DNA from: Pseudobacteriovorax sp.
GTDB lineage: Bacteria; Bdellovibrionota_B; Oligoflexia; Oligoflexales; Oligoflexaceae
Length of the DNA stretch: 20,557 nt
NCBI GenBank assembly: GCA_050293845.1
Contig: JBNKNM010000088.1
Span: 1 to 20,557, forward strand
Direction: 5' to 3'
Shown: positions 1 to 8,212 of the stretch, in pieces
Position numbering within the stretch: position 1 is the stretch's first letter
How the letters are laid out: the number at the start of each line of letters is the position of its first letter
Notes under the pieces: model-generated
What the model saw: the letters and a program-made list of their open reading frames with translations, nothing else
Told to the model about the DNA's origin: nothing
Databases searched by the model: none
Translations under genes and position numbers: made by a program

Positions 1-71
1 GTATTTTCTAGATTGTTTTCGCAAATTCAAGGAATTAATAAGTCAAAAATCCAAATTTGTTTTCTGGACGT

Positions 72-803
72 CTATAGTTTTTTATAAAGAGCTAGTTCTT
101 TGCTATGGGTATGAAGATTTTCTGCAAGAGACTTTAAACCTCTAAGTTGTGGCCACTGGGTGGGGTCTTTAGGGATCATTTCAATATGGTTATATTCAGC
201 TAATATGATGCTGGCTGATTTTGCACCCCAGCGGGGGATACCTGGAATACCGTCCGCTTTATCTCCTACTAAGGCTAAATAGTCAGGGATGGAGTGTGGT
301 TTGATGCCTAGTTTGGCTATCACCGCATTTTCATCAATGACCTTATTTCTAATACGATCCCAGAGAACAATGTGGTCAGAGTCAACGATTTGGTAAAAAT
401 CTTTGTCGGGAGAACAGATTACAACTTGACTCAAGTACGAGGATTTACTCCATTTCCTGGAAGCTGTTGCTATAGCATCATCGGCTTCGAATTTTACCAT
501 GGGCCAAACTGTGATGCCTAAGGATGAAACAAGCTCTTCTGCTAGCTCAAACTGAGATAGTAGTTCTGGTTCAATGTTTTCGCCCGTTTTATATCCTGAG
601 AATAAGTCATTCCTAAAGGATTCTATTGTATGGTCAAATGTGACCGCAATATATTTTTCCTCCGAAGATTTTATTAGCGAAACCATGGATCTAAGTAGAC
701 CTCGCAAAGCACCAACTTCGACCTGATCAGAGTTAATACTTGAGGGAAATGAAAACCAGGAACGAAAGAGTTCAAAGGTACCATCTATTAAGTAAAGTTT
801 CAT
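72..803 (-). CDS. 5'-3' exonuclease / flap endonuclease (standalone Pol I N-terminal-like, Xni/ExoIX-related); C-terminus possibly truncated
   Basis: Motifs LYLIDG, VTFD...SFRNDLFSGYK, FEADDAIAT, SPDKDFYQ and the helix-3-turn-helix ALVGDKADGIPGIPRWGAKSA. No polymerase domain follows. Confidence 0.92.
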   Translation of the reverse strand: MKLYLIDGTFELFRSWFSFPSSINSDQVEVGALRGLLRSMVSLIKSSEEKYIAVTFDHTIESFRNDLFSGYKTGENIEPELLSQFELAEELVSSLGITVWPMVKFEADDAIATASRKWSKSSYLSQVVICSPDKDFYQIVDSDHIVLWDRIRNKVIDENAVIAKLGIKPHSIPDYLALVGDKADGIPGIPRWGAKSASIILAEYNHIEMIPKDPTQWPQLRGLKSLAENLHTHSKELALYKKL

Positions 804-886
804 TTTTCGTATCCGTTTTTACTTAATGCTATTAAGGCTGCTGAGAATTTTACACCTAGTTTTCAGATAGAGGTTTGAATTTATTT

Positions 887-1615
887 CTATCTGTCCCAGG
901 GGAGTTTAGTTAAAATATCTTGAGGCTGTTCAGCCTCTAATAGTTTATCAACTAGAAGGGGAACGGTATAGCTCGCTTTTCCGACTAAATATTTGTCAAA
1001 GTAGCTACCATGGGTCGGTTCTGTATTAACTTCTACTTTTAGGCAGTCCTGACTTACAATTGATACAAAGCTAGCAGCGGGATATACTTGCCCCGATGTT
1101 CCAATAGAGATAAAAATATTGCAGTCTTCTAGTTCTTTATATACTAGATCCAAATGATAGGGCATTTCTCCAAACCACACAATATCAGGGCGAAGATTTC
1201 CTGGAATGTAGCAACACTCACATAGTGTATCAACAGTAAAGTCATAATTGATAGGAAATACTTGTCCTGATGAGGTGCATTTCATTTTTAAGAGTTCCCC
1301 ATGAATATGAAGTACATTTTTACTCCCACCTTTTTCGTGCAAATTATCAACATTTTGTGTAACGACAAGAGTTGAATGACTATTTTCCAATTTTGCTAGG
1401 GCAATGTGGGCAGCATTAGGTAAAACATCTGATGAAAGAAGTTGCTTTCTTCTTTGATTATAAAAATCCAGAACAAGCTTGGGATTGCGATGATAACCCT
1501 CTGGTGTTGCAACATCTTCGATAGGGTGTTTTTCCCACAGTCCATTACTATCACGGAAAGTCTTTATGCCGGACTCAGCGGAAATACCTGCTCCTGTCAA
1601 AACGATGATTTTCAT
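887..1615 (-). CDS. cobB: NAD-dependent protein deacylase (class III sirtuin)
   Basis: GAGISAESGIKTFR, TQNVDNLHE, HGEL, LRPDIVWFGE, IGTSGQVYPAA. YxxR (FYNQRR) is the desuccinylase signature. The CxxS...CxCC zinc region resembles E. coli CobB. Confidence 0.96.
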   Translation of the reverse strand: MKIIVLTGAGISAESGIKTFRDSNGLWEKHPIEDVATPEGYHRNPKLVLDFYNQRRKQLLSSDVLPNAAHIALAKLENSHSTLVVTQNVDNLHEKGGSKNVLHIHGELLKMKCTSSGQVFPINYDFTVDTLCECCYIPGNLRPDIVWFGEMPYHLDLVYKELEDCNIFISIGTSGQVYPAASFVSIVSQDCLKVEVNTEPTHGSYFDKYLVGKASYTVPLLVDKLLEAEQPQDILTKLPWDR

Positions 1616-1794
1616 ACTTAATATTCCTTTTAAGTAAATAATTTACTTTGTTTGATTCTAGGAACTTCCCATACTTCCAAGTGCTGCAGATTGGCTCCAT
1701 ATATATCTAATATTAATGATCTAATAATGTATTAGTTTTATTTTATTAAATAGTCAACCGAAAGAAGAAGTCCAAATCCCAAAGGGGGGGTACT

Positions 1795-2019
1795 TTGCTT
1801 TTCGTAAAAATTAAAACATATCAGTCAGAGGAGGAAGTGATTATTGCCTGCGATCAGCTAACACGGCAAGGGATATTATCATTTTATGGAAGATCGGATA
1901 ACTGTTTTCAAATCAAGGTAAAAGCCCATGAAAGGGACACAGCTATTAATCTTATAGAAAATTCTAGTACTATGAGAAATTTTTATTATTACCGAGATAA
2001 AGAGGTTGAGGATAACTAA
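1795..2019 (+). CDS. Small DUF2007-like (putative signal-transducing) protein
   Basis: TTG start behind a G-rich SD (aaaggggggg). Pattern 'KTYQSEEE...LTRQGI...IKVKAHERDTAINLI' resembles DUF2007 by eye. Stop overlaps the next ATG (TAATG). Confidence 0.6.
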   Translation: MLFVKIKTYQSEEEVIIACDQLTRQGILSFYGRSDNCFQIKVKAHERDTAINLIENSSTMRNFYYYRDKEVEDN

Positions 2020-3206
2020 TGGATGCGGCTACTGTTCACACCATTGAACAATTTTTACCCAAAAAAATTTTAGTCGTTGAGGATGACCCGGCAGTACAAA
2101 GCCTTATTAAAATGACTTTCAGGGATTATGGAATACAAGATGTGTATGGTTTCGTTGATGGAGTGGATGCTTGGAAGGAACTGAACGAAACTAATTTCGA
2201 TTTAATCGTATTAGATTGGCAACTCGCAGGTTTAACAGGCTCACAATTATTTAATCGTATCAGGCAACTGCGAGCTTTTCGCTCGATACCTCTTATCGTC
2301 GTATCCGGTTATATGAGTGATGTAGATCATAACCTTATAGATGATTTCTTCTTTTCAGCAAGAGTAGAAAAACCATTTGATGACAACTATTTTATGAAAA
2401 TAGCTAAAGAAACCTTACGTGATAAATATGATTTTGATGTTATAGCAAAAAAATCAGAAATGCTTTACTTTGAAACCTTTGATCATAATGTTTCAAGGCC
2501 GATGGAAGTGCTAAATGGTTGGTTGCAAAATTATGGACACAATCCTAAAGGGGTGTCGATGGTTGCGACTATACTTAGAAATTTACATGCATTTGATCAA
2601 TCTCGACAAATTATTTTGAATTCCATGAAGATTCATCGTTCGAATTCTTTGTTGTTTCATCAGTTGGCTTTAACTCAATTAATGAGTGGTGATTTTGAGC
2701 AAGCCAAAGAAAATTTTGAAAAGGCTTATGATGTTTGCTCTAAGAATCAAGAACGCAGTATTTGGTTAGGTTTTCTGGAATTTCATTTCGGTAATTTTGA
2801 AAAAGGTATGTTTTATATCGATACTGTGTATGCTGAAGACCCTAGTTCCCCTGCTGTCAGTTCGGTGTTCGATATGATTAACTTTGTAAAATCAAGTTTT
2901 AGTCCAGATGATGTTAAAAGCTTGCGGAATGGTGTTGGCCACTGCCTTAACCGATTGGCTTGGAATAATGTTCAAGAAGGTCATTATCAAATGGGAGAGG
3001 ATGTGTATCATCGAGCCATTAATTTTTGCGGAGATAGACAAGCTAAGGCGAAAATATATTATAACATGGGGGTATGTGAAGCTAGAATGGGTCATAAAAA
3101 ACCAGCTATGTCTAATTTTTTTCGTTCCATAGACTTGTTTCCAAATTATAAAAAATCTGTTGATGCTTTAAAGATGTTTGGTTTTGAGGTTCCCTATGGA
3201 GTCTGA
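2019..3206 (+). CDS. Response regulator: N-terminal receiver domain plus C-terminal TPR repeats
   Basis: Receiver motifs ILVVEDD, LIVLDW (phospho-Asp), VSG and EKPF. TPR-like segments 'LALTQLMSGDFEQAKENFEKA' and 'YYNMGVCEARMGHKKPAMSNFFRSIDLFPNY'. No DNA-binding domain. Confidence 0.88.
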   Translation: MDAATVHTIEQFLPKKILVVEDDPAVQSLIKMTFRDYGIQDVYGFVDGVDAWKELNETNFDLIVLDWQLAGLTGSQLFNRIRQLRAFRSIPLIVVSGYMSDVDHNLIDDFFFSARVEKPFDDNYFMKIAKETLRDKYDFDVIAKKSEMLYFETFDHNVSRPMEVLNGWLQNYGHNPKGVSMVATILRNLHAFDQSRQIILNSMKIHRSNSLLFHQLALTQLMSGDFEQAKENFEKAYDVCSKNQERSIWLGFLEFHFGNFEKGMFYIDTVYAEDPSSPAVSSVFDMINFVKSSFSPDDVKSLRNGVGHCLNRLAWNNVQEGHYQMGEDVYHRAINFCGDRQAKAKIYYNMGVCEARMGHKKPAMSNFFRSIDLFPNYKKSVDALKMFGFEVPYGV

Positions 3207-3258
3207 ATGGTGGCAACAGCTTTAAGATTACCAGTTCGTACTAATGTCTAAATTCTAC

Positions 3259-3289
3259 AATACTTTCATGTGTGTCGTCAGAAAGTATT
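3259..3289 (+). terminator. Hairpin downstream of the receiver-TPR gene (terminator or operator)
   Basis: Perfect 9-bp inverted repeat AATACTTTC-N13-GAAAGTATT. The stem is AT-rich and the U-tract is weak. Confidence 0.4.
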
Positions 3290-3301
3290 TGTGTAACTTA
3301 C

Positions 3302-3310
3302 TGTTATAAT
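3302..3310 (+). promoter_or_regulatory. Extended -10 sigma-70 promoter element for the large lipoprotein gene
   Basis: TGnTATAAT (tgttataat) about 75 nt upstream of the TTG start at 3385. Confidence 0.5.
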
Positions 3311-3384
3311 AGGTATATGTATGTTCTCTTAATTTGTTTATCTTTTGACCGATCCCCTAAGTGTTCTTATCAATGAGGTGAAGT

Positions 3385-6300
3385 TTGTATACAGGTAAGA
3401 CACTAACAACATTGGTTTTATTTATGATGCTTTTAGCGTCATGCTTTCCGGGAGAAGGCTTTTTCGAACAGCAGGAGATCAATGCTGAACAGGTCGAAGA
3501 AATAAGTGTGCAATTGGTAGGAGAAACAGCTACAGCCAATCTTTCGTCTTCATCCACTATTACTCAGAAGATTACAGTACCTGAAGGATCTTCCATACAA
3601 GGAGCATCACTTGCTATTCCTCCTGGTACGTTAAGTGTAGATATGGCTATAAACATTGAAGAAACAATTTCTATAGCTTCCCTTCAAGGTGGTGATCAAG
3701 TTGAATATTCTAATTACGCTGCTGTTGGTTATTCTAATAATGCTGGTGTAGAACAAGTATCTCAACCCATGACTCTCCAAATTCCCTTGTCAGAATCATC
3801 TACGTTAAATTTAGCTGTATCCAAAGAACCTAACGCTGTGAAATTGAGAGTAAACTCTCCAGGTGAAACTTCAGGTGTTTGTAAAGAGCAATTTATTCTT
3901 GATGATGAATTTTCGATTTTATCTAATGATGTTGGTAGTGTCATCGAGCTACAAAGTAAATTTTTTGGTGCTTATCAACCTGTTAGGTTAGTCAGTGATT
4001 TTTATCAGAAGCTCAAGGATGCTCGCGATATAGTCAAGGAAAAAATTGCCAATGGAACTGCTTCTCCTGAAGAGCTGTTAAGTTCGAAAAGTGGTTGCCC
4101 TATTGTCACAAAAACCCAGAAAAAAGAATTGGACGTTAAATATCCTGTGGTAATGGGCGACATTACTAGTAGTATCAAAAATCGCAGCATTTCTCTCAGT
4201 ACCATAATTAGTTCAACTTCTCCTTTGGTTGGATGTAGTGTATTTTTTCGTAACGGATTTTTTATTGATAATGATCCCCTTGTCGTTAATTCTACAACCA
4301 GTAAAGTTGAAATTGATTTTACAAATATTTTAGATCCCATCAAGGGCGCGGGTCGTTTTGAATGTAGTGTGGAAGATGGACGAAAAGTTGAAAAGAATTT
4401 TAAGAATATAAATTTGAATCCAGGTGTGAGTTATGACCTTGATCTAAGTGCGCGTACTATAATTTTCACTACAGGTATGCTTGAGGGTGGGCAGTGCACT
4501 CTAGAATTAAAAAGTCTTACTTCACCTTATGAAGCTCAAAGTGAATTAGTTGCAGACCCGAAAAAATATGTATTGGATTTCTCACAGGATACCGATGCTG
4601 TTCAATTCGAAGGGTATTTCAGATGTGTTTATTCTGACGGCTCTGTACTAAAAACAGATACAGGTAAGTTTTCTATTCCAGAGTGTACTAGTTGTACTCT
4701 TGAAAGTAATGCGCCAGAATTAACAAGTATTCAATTTCCTAATAATGTTTTATCACCAAGCTCCCAAACTGTAGATATATATGCAAGCGATGATTCAGGA
4801 ATGGGAGAATTTTGCTTTGGAATAAAAGCGGTAAGTGGGTATACTGGAGTGCCAGCAGGATGTTATAACCTTTCAAAAGTGTCAACTGACCATTATCAAG
4901 CTACAATAAATGTTCCAGCTTTTTTACCGGTACAGTCATATGATATTAGTTATTTCAGTGTTCGCGATATCGTAGGTAATGAGAGGTTTTTTTATTTAGA
5001 CAGCAATGGATACTATAAAAGTCATACCTATGTTCAAGGGCAAAGTCATGGTACTGATCCAGGGGTTGATACGGCAATCATGGCTATGGGGTTTACTGTA
5101 GCAGCTACAACAGGGCATAACCCTGATACTATAGCTCCTAGTCTTGTCGATATTATATCATTCCCGAATGCCATGATAGCTAATCAGGTTTATAATGTAT
5201 CCATTTCAGTAACTGATGGTGGCGGCTCAGCAAATGCGCCTGATCCTTATGTCGGAATCTGCTTGGAATTATCATCAACAGGAGGACAAACAAATGTTTA
5301 TCAAACATGTCTTTCTGATATTCAGTATACTGGGGGAACTATAAATGGTAATTTTTCGCTGTATTCTGAATTTGAAAACGGCGAATATTTTGTCGATAAA
5401 CTTTTTTTAATAGACCTAGCAACAAATCAATCTTTATATAATGCTGATGCATCTATCCCGCCTACGTCATTTCTTGAAGCTGGTAATGTGGTACCACCAT
5501 TATTTACATTTAGTGGTGGTTCGGATCATACGCCCCCTAGTGTTAGCAGTGTGATAATGGACTCTAGTGTTTACGACGTTGGGGGGGGAGCCGTTAATGC
5601 AACCTTAATTACAACTGCAACTGATGTTTCGGGGGTTGGGCATATATGTTTGAAAATTGATCTGGAAACTTGGAGTTATCCAATCCCCTTAGGCTGCAAT
5701 TCATCAACAGATAATGGTGATGGTACCTATAATACAGTATTTACTTTACCTAACTATTTTATGAATGCTACTAATTATCAACCGGTTGATCTTGAAATTT
5801 ATGATAATAAAGGAAACAAAACACATCTTTATAAAATTTCCAGCTCTGACACATTCTACACCATCGCTGGTTCCTACAGTTCTATCTCTATTAACAGCTT
5901 TAGCTTTATCAATGCCGCAACAGACTCTATAGCTCCTACTATCAATAATGTTAGTTTGTCTACCAGCACTCTTGCAGCTAATAGCAATATATCGATTTCT
6001 ATTGATGTTACTGATTCTGGTATATCTGGAATCAATCTTGCTGAAGCTTGTGCTACCTTTCGTACATCAGTGGATTTAAGATCGATATCCGTGTGTAATC
6101 CTTTAATATCCATGGGAGGAAGTATTTATCAACTTAACGTACTTTTTGATCCTTGGGTGGAGAATGATACTTATAAACTCACGGATCTTTCGCTGACTGA
6201 TAAGGCTGCGAATAGTGCTTCTTTATACGCTATGTGGGCAGATACACTATACACATCGACCTCCATAGCTGTTCCAGGGGTTACTGTATCAGGGGCGACT

Positions 6301-6678
6301 TTAGACACTAATCCTCCCATTTTAAATAACACTGCTGCGTATTTTACAAGTGGATCGTATTACTATGGAGATTTAGTTGAATTAACTTTTTCTGCATCTG
6401 ACGCTATCTCCGGAATCGATGTAAATGAAATGTGTTCGGATCTCACTAATGGTACTGATTGGTATTATGTTTGTGGCAATCTTACTGCTTTGGGGGGCGG
6501 TCTCTATAGTTTTGAATTTCATATGCCATCAACATATAGTACAGGGCTATATTACCCTGAGGATATCATGGTTTATGATAAGGCTGGGAATTCTAGTTAT
6601 TACTATACCTCGGGCTCTGCTATGGCATACTCTCCAGATCCAGGTTGGATGCCTCCAACCTTTTATTACTACCCTTAG
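3385..6678 (+). CDS. Large surface lipoprotein with ZU5-like N-terminal motif and five C-terminal Ig-like beta repeats
   Basis: SD gaggtg and TTG start. Signal peptide with lipobox LASC. GASLAIPPGTL motif. Ser/Thr/Tyr-rich repeats start with D-x-x-(A/P)-P, contain paired Cys and end near D-x-x-(G/A/T)-N. Confidence 0.82.
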   Translation: MYTGKTLTTLVLFMMLLASCFPGEGFFEQQEINAEQVEEISVQLVGETATANLSSSSTITQKITVPEGSSIQGASLAIPPGTLSVDMAINIEETISIASLQGGDQVEYSNYAAVGYSNNAGVEQVSQPMTLQIPLSESSTLNLAVSKEPNAVKLRVNSPGETSGVCKEQFILDDEFSILSNDVGSVIELQSKFFGAYQPVRLVSDFYQKLKDARDIVKEKIANGTASPEELLSSKSGCPIVTKTQKKELDVKYPVVMGDITSSIKNRSISLSTIISSTSPLVGCSVFFRNGFFIDNDPLVVNSTTSKVEIDFTNILDPIKGAGRFECSVEDGRKVEKNFKNINLNPGVSYDLDLSARTIIFTTGMLEGGQCTLELKSLTSPYEAQSELVADPKKYVLDFSQDTDAVQFEGYFRCVYSDGSVLKTDTGKFSIPECTSCTLESNAPELTSIQFPNNVLSPSSQTVDIYASDDSGMGEFCFGIKAVSGYTGVPAGCYNLSKVSTDHYQATINVPAFLPVQSYDISYFSVRDIVGNERFFYLDSNGYYKSHTYVQGQSHGTDPGVDTAIMAMGFTVAATTGHNPDTIAPSLVDIISFPNAMIANQVYNVSISVTDGGGSANAPDPYVGICLELSSTGGQTNVYQTCLSDIQYTGGTINGNFSLYSEFENGEYFVDKLFLIDLATNQSLYNADASIPPTSFLEAGNVVPPLFTFSGGSDHTPPSVSSVIMDSSVYDVGGGAVNATLITTATDVSGVGHICLKIDLETWSYPIPLGCNSSTDNGDGTYNTVFTLPNYFMNATNYQPVDLEIYDNKGNKTHLYKISSSDTFYTIAGSYSSISINSFSFINAATDSIAPTINNVSLSTSTLAANSNISISIDVTDSGISGINLAEACATFRTSVDLRSISVCNPLISMGGSIYQLNVLFDPWVENDTYKLTDLSLTDKAANSASLYAMWADTLYTSTSIAVPGVTVSGATLDTNPPILNNTAAYFTSGSYYYGDLVELTFSASDAISGIDVNEMCSDLTNGTDWYYVCGNLTALGGGLYSFEFHMPSTYSTGLYYPEDIMVYDKAGNSSYYYTSGSAMAYSPDPGWMPPTFYYYP
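4705..6675 (+). repeat. Five diverged protein-level repeats (about 124-140 aa) within the lipoprotein
   Basis: Units start at about 4705 (SNAPEL), 5125 (DTIAPSL), 5524 (DHTPPSV), 5923 (DSIAPTI) and 6304 (DTNPPIL). Shared motifs are RDIVGN, IDLATN, YDNKGN, TDKAAN and YDKAGN. Confidence 0.8.
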
Positions 6679-6684
6679 TTATAA

Positions 6685-6711
6685 GCGAAAGGCATTAATT
6701 GTGCCTTTCGC
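6685..6711. terminator. Hairpin between convergent lipoprotein and USP genes (likely bidirectional terminator)
   Basis: Perfect 10-bp stem GCGAAAGGCA-ttaattg-TGCCTTTCGC, 6 nt after the lipoprotein stop and 17 nt beyond the USP stop. Confidence 0.75.
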
Positions 6712-6728
6712 ATACCGTCTCTATAGTG

Positions 6729-7700
6729 TTAAGAATTTGTTACCAAAATAGCACAATCATTGGTTAGCATGCTTTTCCAGGGAACTCGGCCCAAACTGAA
6801 AGAGTCTTTATGGAAAAAGTGGTGACGGCCAAAAACAATGAGGTTGGAATGCAATCTTTTACTAATCTCTTGGATGTCTTTAGCTGGCTTGCCAAAAGTC
6901 ACCTCAAATTGAATATCCTTAGCTTCAAAAGGTGTTAAAAGCTCTCTACAGTTGGTTTTCATCTTTTGGATGGCCTGGTTTTTGACTTTCTCCTTAAGGT
7001 TTTCTTCAGAGACATTCTCGTTGTCAGGGATTTTACCTAAAATCATAGCTGTTTTAATATTTTCAACGAGACGTTTCATTTCAAGCTCAGTTACTTCCTT
7101 AGTATGTACCTGTATGATTTCTTTTGTCTCAATCGAGCGTAAAAAGCCGTATGACTTTGCGAGGAATGACTGTTGGTCTTCAACTAGGTTATCAGCAATA
7201 ATAGCTCCGATATCATTATTGAAATCAATCCCTTTGTTCGCAGGTACTACGAGTAGTGGTACGGGACTTCTTTTCATTAATGTGATAGAGGTTGACATAC
7301 CTGATAAAGAGCTCATTTCGTCAAGATCGATGCCAACAACAATGAGTGCTGCATCATATTCTTTTGACATATCAATGATGCCATCTGAGGTATATCCACG
7401 ACTTATTTTTGTTTGGCATGGGATACCGGTAAAAAAATCCGCTTGAATCTTTGCTAATTTTTCTTTGGCTGAACTTGAATCCATTTCGTTTAGTATAGAT
7501 TCATAGGTTGTAATGGGGTAAATGGTGCCATCACCAACATAGGTAAAGCTGTAAAAAGGTTTTAGGCAGTGGACCAAAATCACTTCTGCCCCAGTCTTTT
7601 TTGCTAGGCTGCTAACCGATTTTATTACATAGGTCTCGTCTTTTATGAGAGATAGGCCCAGTACAATTTTTGAGCTACTGTTTAGTCTCTCTATATCCAT
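6729..7700 (-). CDS. Universal stress protein, tandem USP domains
   Basis: KIVLGL...AEVILVH, ALIVVG...PVPLLVVP, and a second domain ending TFGKPAKDI...LIVFGRH...SLGRV. Start moved from 7838 to the ATG at 7700, which has a strong SD (GAAGGAGG). Confidence 0.88.
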   Translation of the reverse strand: MDIERLNSSSKIVLGLSLIKDETYVIKSVSSLAKKTGAEVILVHCLKPFYSFTYVGDGTIYPITTYESILNEMDSSSAKEKLAKIQADFFTGIPCQTKISRGYTSDGIIDMSKEYDAALIVVGIDLDEMSSLSGMSTSITLMKRSPVPLLVVPANKGIDFNNDIGAIIADNLVEDQQSFLAKSYGFLRSIETKEIIQVHTKEVTELEMKRLVENIKTAMILGKIPDNENVSEENLKEKVKNQAIQKMKTNCRELLTPFEAKDIQFEVTFGKPAKDIQEISKRLHSNLIVFGRHHFFHKDSFSLGRVPWKSMLTNDCAILVTNS

Positions 7701-8212
7701 TTTCCCTTCCTCCTTCGGGTAAACCTCACTCGTTTTAAACAATATCTGCAAAGTCTGGACCAAGCTGAAAACCGTGATATCTGAGTAATTTGGGATTAGA
7801 AATGAGCTGCATAGCTCATTTTTGTTCATATGACACATTACTGTTATGTCAATTTAGAGAAAATAAATAAATGGCAGTCAAGCACAAGGCAGAAGGAGAA
7901 CTGCTGGATATGCGGAGGGATTTTTAGTCTCATTTAGATTCTATTCTAACTGTAAAAACAAGATTATTAAACAAGGGTTAATTTATTAATAATCGATGAA
8001 ATGTATCCTGGCTATAACTTTAAAATCTTAATATAGACATCATCTTACTTAAGCAAACTACATAAATGTATTTTAAAACTAAAATAGCTAAAGGGTCATT
8101 TTTTTGAGCGAAATAGGCATAGTTTTATCATCGCTATATTGACTTTTTGTGTTTGATCCAATAGTTATCTGGCATATAAATGTGAAAAACAACCCAGAAG
8201 TAGGAGTAGAAG

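Noticed and set aside
72..1615. Sirtuin next to a nuclease as a SIR2-type anti-phage system
   Set aside because: The sirtuin is a canonical CobB deacylase with a zinc subdomain and YxxR motif, not a defence NADase, and the nuclease is a housekeeping flap exonuclease.
6952..7446. 164-aa antisense ORF, and similar shadow ORFs inside the lipoprotein, receptor, pentapeptide, cytochrome, SAS and peptidase genes
   Set aside because: They lie wholly or almost wholly within well-supported genes, show no recognisable motifs and are explained by codon structure or repeats.
7701..7838. 46-codon N-terminal extension of the USP ORF
   Set aside because: A strong SD precedes the ATG at 7700 and the USP fold starts right after it. 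The extension is probably intergenic.
7850..8212. Cobalamin riboswitch, Fur box or sigma-54 promoter upstream of the TonB receptor
   Set aside because: No B12-box motifs and no convincing GATAATGATAATCATTATC match. TGGCATATAAATGTG lacks the -12 GC.
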